Below are positions 51,727 through 60,401 of a DNA stretch of 64,000 bases, piece after piece. The notes beneath the pieces are model-generated. The model saw nothing but the letters and a program-made list of their open reading frames with translations, made no database searches and was not told the DNA's origin. Both the position numbers and the translations under genes were made by a program. Numbering within the stretch: position 1 is the stretch's first letter; each line of letters starts with the position of its first letter. Source of the stretch: Anaerolineales bacterium (GTDB lineage: Bacteria > Chloroflexota > Anaerolineae > Anaerolineales > RBG-16-64-43); NCBI GenBank assembly GCA_016932475.1, contig JAFGCU010000025.1, forward strand, positions 30,808 through 94,807, written 5' to 3'.

Positions 51727-52412
51727 AAAAGATAACCAATCCCGGGTTGTTGAAGCGCAACAAGCTGATCGGGAAATACGCGACCCTCGCCTCCTTCATC
51801 GTCCTGGCGGGCGGGATCGCCATCTCCAACTTCCTGCAGGACCGGTTCGATCTTTCCTATCTCGCGCTGATCCTCGGATCCATCCTGGTGCTCGTCGGTT
51901 CGACTTTCACCAGCCGCTGGGGGCGGATTCCCCCGCCCGACCAGGCAGTGGACGATGTCCTCAAGGGGCTCGACGAACGGTACACGATCGTGCATTACCG
52001 GCTGGGCGCGGAGCATGCCCTCTTCACGCCGGATGGGATCCTCGCGATCCTGGCGAAAAACGAACGCGGGCGGATTTCCTACGACGGAAAAAAATGGCGC
52101 CAGACGGGCGTCTCCAAACTCGCAAAATTTTTCGGCACCGAGTCGCTGGGCAACCCCTCCTCCGACAGCCTGTTCGAAGCGGAAAGCCTCACCCGGGCGC
52201 TCCGCAAGCTCCTGGAGGACGGCGGGAATCTCATCGTGCGCCCGATCGTCATATTCGTTAACGACAAGACCCGGGTCGAAGCGGACTCCTCTCCCGTTCC
52301 GGCGCTGCACGCCTCGAAGGTCAAGGAATACATTCGCCACATGCCCAAATCCGCGCCGCTCCGGCCGGACCAGCTCCGGCGGGTGATAGAATATGCGGGC
52401 GGCAAAAAATGA
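51723..52412 (+). CDS. Membrane-anchored NERD-like protein
   Basis: ATG overlaps fabF stop; two TM helices then LKGLDERY, EHALFTPDGILAILAK, GRISYDGKKW. Confidence 0.7.
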   Translation: MKKITNPGLLKRNKLIGKYATLASFIVLAGGIAISNFLQDRFDLSYLALILGSILVLVGSTFTSRWGRIPPPDQAVDDVLKGLDERYTIVHYRLGAEHALFTPDGILAILAKNERGRISYDGKKWRQTGVSKLAKFFGTESLGNPSSDSLFEAESLTRALRKLLEDGGNLIVRPIVIFVNDKTRVEADSSPVPALHASKVKEYIRHMPKSAPLRPDQLRRVIEYAGGKK

Positions 52413-52472
52413 CCGCCGGCGCGCGGATGATGTCGGCGCGGACATAATCCAATCCCGAAGGAGAAGTTCACT

Positions 52473-52718
52473 GTGGCGTACAAAATTTCCGACGACTGCC
52501 TGAGCTGCGGAGTATGCGAACCGGAATGCCCCAACCAGGCGATCAGCATGGGGGATGCGCACTTCGAGATCAACCCGGACCGGTGCACCGAATGCGTCGG
52601 GTTTTTCGATCAACCCCAATGCCGGTCGGTGTGCCCGAACGAAGCCCCCGGCCCGGATCCCGCGCACAAGGAGACCCAGGAGGAATTGCTGGCCAAAAAG
52701 GCCAGGCTGCATCCGTGA
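52473..52718 (+). CDS. YfhL-like 2x[4Fe-4S] ferredoxin
   Basis: CLSCGVCEPECP and CTECVG..PQC.SVCP. Confidence 0.95.
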   Translation: MAYKISDDCLSCGVCEPECPNQAISMGDAHFEINPDRCTECVGFFDQPQCRSVCPNEAPGPDPAHKETQEELLAKKARLHP

Positions 52719-52751
52719 TCGCCGGACAAGGAAATCAATTTTTTTTCGAGC

Positions 52752-52781
52752 GGGTGGCCGATGGGCCACCCCGATTTTTTT
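52752..52781 (+). terminator. Intrinsic terminator after ferredoxin
   Basis: gggtggcc-gatg-ggccaccc then cgaTTTTTTT. Confidence 0.75.
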
Positions 52782-52844
52782 AATTTGCTGTTTCCCCTCT
52801 CCCTGTTCCTCATTCCTTTACGCGAGATAATTTGCTTTCCACTA

Positions 52845-52952
52845 CCATCCCATCCCACCTCCCCCTGTCCCTCGCATTCGCTCGGGACGTCCCCCTCCTC
52901 CCTTCCCGTATCACGGGAAGGGAGGAGGGGTTAGGGGAGGTGGGATGGGATG
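52845..52952. repeat. CCCTC-family palindromic element, inverted homolog of 43702-43800
   Basis: ccatcccatcccacctcccc / ggggaggtgggatgggatgg outer arms, cccctcctcccttcccgt-atc-acgggaagggaggagggg inner stem. Confidence 0.9.
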
Positions 52953-53089
52953 GCATAAGGCTCCGGAATCGCGGAAATGCTAAAATGCTGTTCCTCGGAT
53001 AAGGGGACGCCCGATCTGTTCGGGGCACATTTCGTAAGGCAACCCTGATATCGCGTGGATCCTGTGCTTGTTTTTTCCGGAGGAGCGAT

Positions 53090-54250
53090 ATGGACGTTGA
53101 AATCATTGTGATCGGGGATGAACTGATCCTGGGAACCATCGCGGACACCAACACGCAATTCATTGCCCGCGCGCTTTGCGAAAGCGGATACCGGGTGCGG
53201 CGCGTGACGGCCGTCGGGGACGATCCCGGACGGATCATCGGCGCCCTGAAGCATGCGGCTGCGGAATCGGACGCCGTCATCGCCGCCGGCGGTTTGGGCC
53301 CGACCGTCGACGACCCGACCCGCGAAGCCGCGGCCGCCGCCGCCGGAGTCGAACTGGTCTTTCATCCCGAATTATGGGAGGCGATCACGGCGCGATTCCG
53401 CGGCCTGGGCCGGGCCCTGCCCGAGAACAACCGCAAGCAGGCCCACCTGCCCGCCGGCGCCGCGGCGCTCCCCAATCCGTTCGGAACCGCACCCGGGTTC
53501 TCCCTGGCGCTTGGCCGGTCGGTGCTGTTTGCGGTGCCCGGCGTGCCGAGTGAAATGGAGGCGATGATCACCGGCCAGGTACTGCCCGCATTGCGCGCGC
53601 GCTTCGGAGACGGGCAGGTCATCCACACCCGGACGATCCACGTCGACGGCCTCGGAGAATCGATGATCGACGAGCGGATCGGCCGATGGGAGCGCTCGGA
53701 GAATCCCACCGTCGGATTGATGGCGCACGCCGGCCTGACCGACATCCGCATCGTCGCGCGCGCCGCGGATGAAGCGGGCGCCCGGAAATTGATCGCCGAC
53801 GCGGAGGAAGACATCCGCTCCTCGATCGCGGGCCATATCCTCGGCGCCGACGGGGAAACGCTTGCCGGCGCGGTGCTGGGCCTGTTGCCAAAGGACGGGA
53901 GCCTGGTCACGGCGGAAAGCGGGACCGGCGGCGCGCTTGCCGGGATGCTCGGCCTCGAGAGTTCCGGCGCCTTCCGCGGGGGCCTGGTGCAGGGTCAAAC
54001 CGGATTGGAAACCCGGACGGCGGAAATCCTGCGCGAGTGGCAATCCGCGCGCCAGGCAACCCACGCGGCGGGATTGGACCTTTCCCCCGTGACCGGCGGT
54101 TTCCGCTCCGAATACATCCTGATCGCGGACGGGAAAGAAACGCGGAAGCAGCGGACGCATCTGGTTCCCTATGCGATGGCGTCGCGCTGGGCAGCCAACA
54201 CGGCGCTGACCGCCTTGTGGAACCTCCTGCGGGATACTCCATCGGAATAG
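53090..54250 (+). CDS. cinA: CinA-like protein (MoCF/pyrophosphatase domain, degenerate C-terminal domain)
   Basis: IIVIGDELILG..DTN, GGLGPTVDDPTR, NRKQA, PGVPSEM, GLGES; short VTAESGTGG domain. Confidence 0.9.
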   Translation: MDVEIIVIGDELILGTIADTNTQFIARALCESGYRVRRVTAVGDDPGRIIGALKHAAAESDAVIAAGGLGPTVDDPTREAAAAAAGVELVFHPELWEAITARFRGLGRALPENNRKQAHLPAGAAALPNPFGTAPGFSLALGRSVLFAVPGVPSEMEAMITGQVLPALRARFGDGQVIHTRTIHVDGLGESMIDERIGRWERSENPTVGLMAHAGLTDIRIVARAADEAGARKLIADAEEDIRSSIAGHILGADGETLAGAVLGLLPKDGSLVTAESGTGGALAGMLGLESSGAFRGGLVQGQTGLETRTAEILREWQSARQATHAAGLDLSPVTGGFRSEYILIADGKETRKQRTHLVPYAMASRWAANTALTALWNLLRDTPSE

Positions 54251-54338
54251 CTCCCGCGGCGCCTGTGATATATTTGCATTTTTCCCGTCGCGGCGGCAGG
54301 CTCAGCGCCTTCCGCCGGACAAGGAAGGATGGTGCCCC

Positions 54339-56540
54339 ATGCACGGAGGATTCCCGGAAACCGAGCCGCCGATTGCACCCGAACTTCAGCTGCCCAAGCG
54401 GATCTCCCGACTGCCGGAGATGGCCTACAACCTCTGGTGGACGTGGCATCCGCAGGCGCAGGCGCTGTTCAGCCGGATCGACTTCTCCCTTTGGGAGGAG
54501 GTGCGCCACAATCCGGTTCAATTCCTCCGGAAAATCAAGCGCCCGCAGCTGAACGCCGCGCTGTCGAACGTCAATTACATGGAGTCGTACGACCGCGTGA
54601 TGGAAGCCTTCGACCGATACCTGAACGCATCGGGCATGTGGTACTCGCGCGAGAATCCGGATCTCCTCAACCGCCCCATCGCATATATCTCCACCGAATA
54701 CGGGCTGCATGAAAGCATCCAGGGCTATGCCGGCGGCCTGGGCGTGCTGGCCGGCGACCTGATCAAGGAGGCCAGCGACCTTGGAATTCCGATCGTCGGG
54801 CTTGGGTTTCTGTACACGCTTGGGTACTTCCGCCAAAGCATGACGGAGGACGGCTGGCAGGAGGCGAATTACGAACCGCTGGATTTCGCCAACCTGCCGG
54901 TCTGGCCGGTCCTCGGGCGCGACGGCAACCCGCTCACGGTCAGCGTCTCGCTCCCCGAACGGGATCTGGCGGCGCGCCTGTGGCAGGTGCGCGTCGGACG
55001 GATCCCCCTCTACCTGCTCGACAGCAACGTCGAATCCAACTCTCCGGCGGACCGCGAACTGACGGCGCGGCTGTATACCAGCGAGGTGGAACAGCGCATC
55101 TCCCAGGAAATCATCCTCGGCATCGGCGGCGTGCGCGCGCTGCGCGCGCTCGGCTACAACCCGACCGCCTGGCATCTCAACGAAGGCCATTCGGCGTTCG
55201 CGCTTCTGGAACGGGCGCGCGAGTACGTGGCCGCCGGGCGGACGTTCGAAGACGCGAAGGAAATCGTCCGCAAGACGACGATCTTCACGACCCACACGCC
55301 GGTCCCGGCCGGCGCGGATGAATTTCCGCTTTGGTTGATGGACAAATTCTTTTCGCAATACTGGCCGCAGCTCGGGCTCGAGCGGGATGCCTTCCTCGAC
55401 ATCGCCCGGCACAAGCACTCCTGGGGCGAAACTTTTTCCATGCCCGTCCTGGCGCTGCGCCTTTCCGACCACGCCAACGGCGTTTCGGAATTGCACGGCC
55501 GGGTCGCGCGCAAAATGTACAACCACCTCTGGCCGGACCTCCCGGAAGACAAGGTGCCGATCCGCCACATCACCAACGGCATCCATACCGAAACCTGGCT
55601 CGCGCAGCAGATGGGGAGCCTCTTCGACCGGTACCTGGGTGACGACTGGCGCGAACGGATCGACGAGCAGGCGGTGTGGGACCGCGTCTGCGACATCCCC
55701 GACAAGGATCTCTGGGAAGCGCGCAACCATCTCAAACGCCGGCTGGCCGCCCACATGCGCGACCGCTCGCGGCAGCTGTGGCTCTCCGGGAAGAAGCACC
55801 CGGTCCAGATCGTGAATGCGGGCGTGCTGATGGACCCGAACATGCTGGTGATCGGCTTCGCGCGCCGGTTCACCATGTACAAACGCGCAGGCCTGCTCCT
55901 GCGCCAGCCCGAAAGGCTGTTGGCCCTCCTCAACCGGCCGAATCTCCCAGTCCAGTTCATATTCGCCGGCAAGGCGCACCCGGCCGACGACCCGGCCAAG
56001 CGGCTGCTGCAGGACGTTTACCGCTTCGCCAAACAGTCCGAAACCGGCGGCCGCTTCGTATTCCTCGAGGATTACGACATCAACCTGGCCCGCTACCTGG
56101 TGCAGGGCGTGGATGTGTGGATGAATACGCCCCTGCGGCCGCTGGAGGCATCCGGCACGTCCGGGCAGAAGGCGGCCTTGAACGGCGTGTTGAATATGTC
56201 GGTCCTCGACGGCTGGTGGCGCGAAGGCTACAACGGTCGGAACGGCTGGGCGATCGGCGAAGACAAGGAAAATCAAACCGCCGACGTTCAGAACGCGCAG
56301 GATACGGATTCGCTGTTTGCGCTGCTGGAAGACGAGATCATCCCCCTGTTTTATGAAAACCGCTCGCCGGAGAATATTCCCTCCGAATGGGTCGATCGGA
56401 TCCGGGAATCCATCCGGACGATTTCCGCGACCTTCAATACCCGGCGCATGCTCAAGGAGTACGCATGCGACCTCTACCTGCCCGCCATCCGGCAGCCATT
56501 CCCGGAGATAGGCGACGCGTCGTTGGAGATCCCGACGTAA
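54339..56540 (+). CDS. glgP: Alpha-glucan phosphorylase
   Basis: AYNLWWTW, YAGGLGVLAGD, NEGH, FTTHTPVPAG, GFARRF..YKRA, EASGTSGQKA PLP motif. Confidence 0.97.
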   Translation: MHGGFPETEPPIAPELQLPKRISRLPEMAYNLWWTWHPQAQALFSRIDFSLWEEVRHNPVQFLRKIKRPQLNAALSNVNYMESYDRVMEAFDRYLNASGMWYSRENPDLLNRPIAYISTEYGLHESIQGYAGGLGVLAGDLIKEASDLGIPIVGLGFLYTLGYFRQSMTEDGWQEANYEPLDFANLPVWPVLGRDGNPLTVSVSLPERDLAARLWQVRVGRIPLYLLDSNVESNSPADRELTARLYTSEVEQRISQEIILGIGGVRALRALGYNPTAWHLNEGHSAFALLERAREYVAAGRTFEDAKEIVRKTTIFTTHTPVPAGADEFPLWLMDKFFSQYWPQLGLERDAFLDIARHKHSWGETFSMPVLALRLSDHANGVSELHGRVARKMYNHLWPDLPEDKVPIRHITNGIHTETWLAQQMGSLFDRYLGDDWRERIDEQAVWDRVCDIPDKDLWEARNHLKRRLAAHMRDRSRQLWLSGKKHPVQIVNAGVLMDPNMLVIGFARRFTMYKRAGLLLRQPERLLALLNRPNLPVQFIFAGKAHPADDPAKRLLQDVYRFAKQSETGGRFVFLEDYDINLARYLVQGVDVWMNTPLRPLEASGTSGQKAALNGVLNMSVLDGWWREGYNGRNGWAIGEDKENQTADVQNAQDTDSLFALLEDEIIPLFYENRSPENIPSEWVDRIRESIRTISATFNTRRMLKEYACDLYLPAIRQPFPEIGDASLEIPT

Positions 56541-56548
56541 AAGCATTC

Positions 56549-56778
56549 CGCGAAGAACATGAAGAGCACAAAGAAAAAATGCACACGAAGAAAAAAAGGG
56601 GGGGCTGTCTAAAAAGACCGGCAGGGCAGACTGAAGATCGTCATGCCCGCGTGCTCTTAGCGGGCATCCAGTGACTTTGTCCTCCCTCCCGCAAAAAGAC
56701 CCTGGATTCCCGCCAAAAACACGCGGGAATGACAGCTCGATAAGGAACCACTGGTTTTCTCTTCGTGTACCTTCGTGG
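56549..56778. repeat. Nested repeat: CACGAAG-type outer repeats enclosing a CGTC-tagged REP dimer
   Basis: cgtc-atgcccgc..gcgggcat-ccag (56639-56671) and ctgg-attcccgc..gcgggaat-gac (56702-56733); cttcgtgtaccttcgtgg at 56761-56778. Confidence 0.85.
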
Positions 56779-56781
56779 ATT

Positions 56782-58017
56782 CTATTGCCCGACGCCGGTC
56801 TTGCCGAACTCCACCCGCACCGTCCCGCCGTCCAACGTCGCGGTCGAGGTATCCTCCACGATCCCGATCCATGTCACACCGGGCCGCAGGGCGAACGGGC
56901 CGTCCTGGCCGTAGAATTGCAGGGGACGGTCGATTTTCGGAAGCCGCCAGATCCCATCCTCCATCTTGCCGTCGCGGAAGATCAGCGCTTTTCCCCCGCC
57001 GAACAGCTCCAGCTCATAAATCTCACGCTGCTGCCGGCGGATGTAATTGGCATACAGCACGATCACGTTCGAAACCGAGAGCTGCTCGCCGGTCAGTCGA
57101 TCCAGCAAGGGAGCCATATCCTGGTTCGGCTTGCCGGTCTCGGACCAGCGGTAATATCGTTTATCCTCCGGGTTGTAGCGCCATTCGGCGAGCGCATTAT
57201 CGGAGATGAACCGCACCCAGACGGCGGACACCGCACCGCCGCTCATGGGCGGGGGTTCGTCCTGGAAAACCATTCCGTTCAGGTCCGGCACGCTGTCGGG
57301 GATTTTCATGACCCTGGCGGCCTTGCGCAGTTCAGCCGTATTTCCGAAAATGCCGTTTTCCGTTATCTCGCGTTCATCCCGGCACAGCGCCGGGCAATCC
57401 ACCGGGCCGACGTACAACAGCCGATCGCCCACATCCTGAAGGTCCATGTATTCCCAGGTCGCCGAATATTCGGCGCAGAAGACCAGCAGCGACTGGTAGG
57501 CTTTCATCAGCGGCACGTCGATTTTCCGTCCGGAGCGGATCGGGCCGACCTTTTCCACATCCTGGCTCAGGTAGATCGCCTGGAGGCGGGTCATCCCCAT
57601 TTCCTGGTAGAACTCAAATATCAGGTCGGCGTAGGAAAGCCCGGCCTGCGGACGCGCGGAGCGGGGGAAGTTCGATACTTTTATCGCCAGCGGCCAGCGC
57701 TCGAGAACGGAAATATCGGAAACCGGCAGGCCGGTCAACGGGTTGATAATTTGCGGTTCGGGGGTCTCCATCGGGAGTTCGGTGGATGTGGCGGTCGGCA
57801 CGGGCGTGCCGGCGGCCGGTTCGGCCGTTGGTTGAATTGGGGCCGCGGATTCCAACGAGGGCATACCGGTGGATACGGCCGTTGCGGGCGCCGTGCAGGC
57901 GGCGGCAAACACCAGCAGGAAGACAAGCCGGCTTTTTTCCAGCCGGTTCAGATCCGGCCGCCTGGAATTCCGGCGTTCTCCGGCGCGGGTTTCCATGCTT
58001 CCCTGCCCGTTGTTCAT
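56782..58017 (-). CDS. DUF3048 family lipoprotein
   Basis: NPLTG, AIKVSN..ARPQAGLS.AD, E.GMTR, GPIRSGR, GVTWI; start uncertain. Confidence 0.88.
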   Translation of the reverse strand: MNNGQGSMETRAGERRNSRRPDLNRLEKSRLVFLLVFAAACTAPATAVSTGMPSLESAAPIQPTAEPAAGTPVPTATSTELPMETPEPQIINPLTGLPVSDISVLERWPLAIKVSNFPRSARPQAGLSYADLIFEFYQEMGMTRLQAIYLSQDVEKVGPIRSGRKIDVPLMKAYQSLLVFCAEYSATWEYMDLQDVGDRLLYVGPVDCPALCRDEREITENGIFGNTAELRKAARVMKIPDSVPDLNGMVFQDEPPPMSGGAVSAVWVRFISDNALAEWRYNPEDKRYYRWSETGKPNQDMAPLLDRLTGEQLSVSNVIVLYANYIRRQQREIYELELFGGGKALIFRDGKMEDGIWRLPKIDRPLQFYGQDGPFALRPGVTWIGIVEDTSTATLDGGTVRVEFGKTGVGQ

Positions 58018-58376
58018 GCGCACCCTTCCTTTTTCCACACTCCGCTTTAATCCTGAGAGGCCGCCCTCGCGCCTGCCCTCCAAGCGGCGAGCATCGGGGG
58101 TTTTCCGATGCGGAGGATTCGCGAGTGAGGAGAGCATCCCCGCTTGCATTTGTTCCACGAGCAGGGATGACTGCGCCGCATGGGCGGCGAAACATCCGCT
58201 CCCGCGTTGCCAGACCCTTCGCTCAGGTCCACCGCACAGGAGGTTGCCAAATATCTTTGTACTATGAAATTATTACCCGCGGAAGGGACGCTCGTACCAA
58301 CGCGCAGAAATTCATGCGCTTTTTCGCAAGATTAAGCAAACACCATTCTTTCGCAATTCCCGATCCGGATATCCGA

Positions 58377-59609
58377 TTACAACGCGTTGTAGAAATACCA
58401 TTCGGAAGTCGCCGCGCGCGCGCCGGTAGCCTGGTCTCCGAGGATCCCGATATAGGTCGATCCGGGATGCAGCGGGAATAAGGCGCCGGCCGAATCCACG
58501 AACTGGAGCGGGGCGTTTGGGCCCGCGCTCTGCCACCGGCCTTCCAACATGACCCCGTCGCGGAAGAAAAACGCCTTTCCGGAAGTGCTCAGGTTCATGT
58601 CGTACTGTTCGCCCGTGCCGGTCTTGCCCGCATAATAGAAGGTATCCACCACCAGGATCACGAGATTATCAACCGCCAGCTGTTCCCCGGTCATCCGGTC
58701 GGCGAGCGGTTCAAACGCAAAGGAGGCGTTCTCCGAAAAGCGCACGTACCGCTTAAGCCCGGGGTCGTACTTCCATTGCGCCTTGGCGGAGGACGAAAAA
58801 CTGATCCGCGCACCGGTCGATTCCTTCAAGTCGGCGGGAACCGCGGGATCGAACACCATCCCGTCCAAATGGGGCCTTCCGGCGGCGAGCAGCCCGATCC
58901 GCCGCGCGTACTTGGTCAATTCCGCGGTGTTGCCGAAGGCGCTGTTCTCAACAATCTTCTCTTCCGGATCCCGGCAGATGGCCGGGCAGGAAGCCGGGAA
59001 TTCGTTGATCGTATCCACTCCGCTTTTGCTGATTTCCTGCCAGACGGTTTCGAAAGCCTGGACGTGGACCAGGATCGCATCATAGAGCGGGATGATCCGC
59101 GTATCCAGGACGCGGGCCGAACGGATCGGGCCGACCTTCTCGGCATCCTGCCCGTAATACATCGCGATCCAGCGGGTGTTCCCGAATTCGGTGTAAAACT
59201 CCCAGAGGATGTCCGCGCGCGACAAGCCCGCCTGCGGACGCGCCGTGCGCGGGAAGTTGGTGACCTTAACCGCGAGCGGCCGCCGGTCCAGAAGCGACGG
59301 ATCGGCCACGATCTTCCCCGTGAGCGGGTTCACATTGGACGGAAAGCCCGACGGGCCGACGGGGTACACCAGCGGGATCGGCGTTTCGGTCGGCGTGGCG
59401 GTGGGTTCGGGCGGTGTTTCGGTCTGAGTGGCGGTGGGCGTCGCCGTGCCTGCGGGGAGAAACGGTGTTGATGAAGACGCGGCGCCCGAATCCGGATCCC
59501 CCAACCCCAGATTGCAGGCGGTCGCAAGCCCCAGGCAGATCAACGGGATTCCTCTTCGGAGAAGAATCCATCGCGGATTGCTCATCCACCACCTCCGTGG
59601 TCTGTCCAC
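58377..59609 (-). CDS. DUF3048 family lipoprotein (tandem paralog)
   Basis: Lipobox LATAC, NPLTG, AVKVTN..ARPQAGLSRAD, GPIRSAR, PGSTY. Confidence 0.88.
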   Translation of the reverse strand: MDRPRRWWMSNPRWILLRRGIPLICLGLATACNLGLGDPDSGAASSSTPFLPAGTATPTATQTETPPEPTATPTETPIPLVYPVGPSGFPSNVNPLTGKIVADPSLLDRRPLAVKVTNFPRTARPQAGLSRADILWEFYTEFGNTRWIAMYYGQDAEKVGPIRSARVLDTRIIPLYDAILVHVQAFETVWQEISKSGVDTINEFPASCPAICRDPEEKIVENSAFGNTAELTKYARRIGLLAAGRPHLDGMVFDPAVPADLKESTGARISFSSSAKAQWKYDPGLKRYVRFSENASFAFEPLADRMTGEQLAVDNLVILVVDTFYYAGKTGTGEQYDMNLSTSGKAFFFRDGVMLEGRWQSAGPNAPLQFVDSAGALFPLHPGSTYIGILGDQATGARAATSEWYFYNAL

Positions 59610-59661
59610 CGCCGGGATTGTACCGCCCGCATTTTACAAGGTCAATGCGCCGGCGCGCGTG

Positions 59662-59689
59662 TTGACTTGCATGTCTTTTCCCCTATAAT
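59662..59689 (+). promoter_or_regulatory. Sigma70-type promoter, probably leaderless
   Basis: TTGACT (59662-59667), 16-bp spacer, TATAAT (59684-59689), GTG start 8 nt later. Confidence 0.7.
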
Positions 59690-59697
59690 TCAACCCT

Positions 59698-60399
59698 GTG
59701 ACCCGCGTTTCCACCCTCTTCCGGCTTCAAACGCTGGACAGTCAGATCGATGCGCACCAATTCCGATTGGCGGAGATTGAAGCCGACTTGAGCCGGCACC
59801 CGGAACTGGATCAGGCGCGCGCGGAGGAAGCAGAGGCGCGGGCCTCGCTTGAAACCGCACGGCAAGCGGTCCGCCGCGCCGAGGAAGAGACCCGGCACCA
59901 GCAGCAGCGCATCGCCGAAACGGATAAGACGCTTTACGGCGGAGGAGTCCGCAATCCGAAGGAGCTCCAGGATCTGCAGGAAGAAGCGGCCTCCCTGCGC
60001 CGGTATCTGGCCGTCCTCGAAGAACGCCAACTGCAACTGATGATGCAAAGCGAAGACGGGGAAAAAACCGTCTCCGCAGCGCAAAACCGGCGCGAGGATC
60101 TGGAACAACGGCGGGTTGAGGCGGAATCGAAACTCCGCTCGGAGCAATCCGCGCTGCGGAGCGCGCTGGCGACACTCGGGGTTCAGCGCGAAGCGATGAT
60201 AACCGCGGTGGCTCCGGAGGATATCGAAAAATACTCCGCCGTCCGGCGCGCCAAACGCGGCCTGGCCGTGGTCCGCCTGGAGAACGATTCGTGCGCCGGT
60301 TGCGGCGTCGCCCCCTCCGCCTCGCGCGTGGATTCCGCCCGCTCCGGCCAGGAGATCGTTCAATGCAGTAACTGCGGCCGGATCCTTTATCTGGGATAG
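59698..60399 (+). CDS. Coiled-coil / C4 zinc-ribbon protein (DUF164-like)
   Basis: LQTLDSQI, long coiled coil, CAGC..VQCSNCGRILY. Confidence 0.92.
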   Translation: MTRVSTLFRLQTLDSQIDAHQFRLAEIEADLSRHPELDQARAEEAEARASLETARQAVRRAEEETRHQQQRIAETDKTLYGGGVRNPKELQDLQEEAASLRRYLAVLEERQLQLMMQSEDGEKTVSAAQNRREDLEQRRVEAESKLRSEQSALRSALATLGVQREAMITAVAPEDIEKYSAVRRAKRGLAVVRLENDSCAGCGVAPSASRVDSARSGQEIVQCSNCGRILYLG

Positions 60400-60401
60400 G
60401 C

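Noticed and set aside
53907-56546. 879-aa antisense ORF and similar long shadow ORFs (50547-52412, 42001-43785, 36810-38099)
   Set aside because: They mirror well-conserved genes; expected from codon bias in high-GC DNA; no motifs or independent signals.
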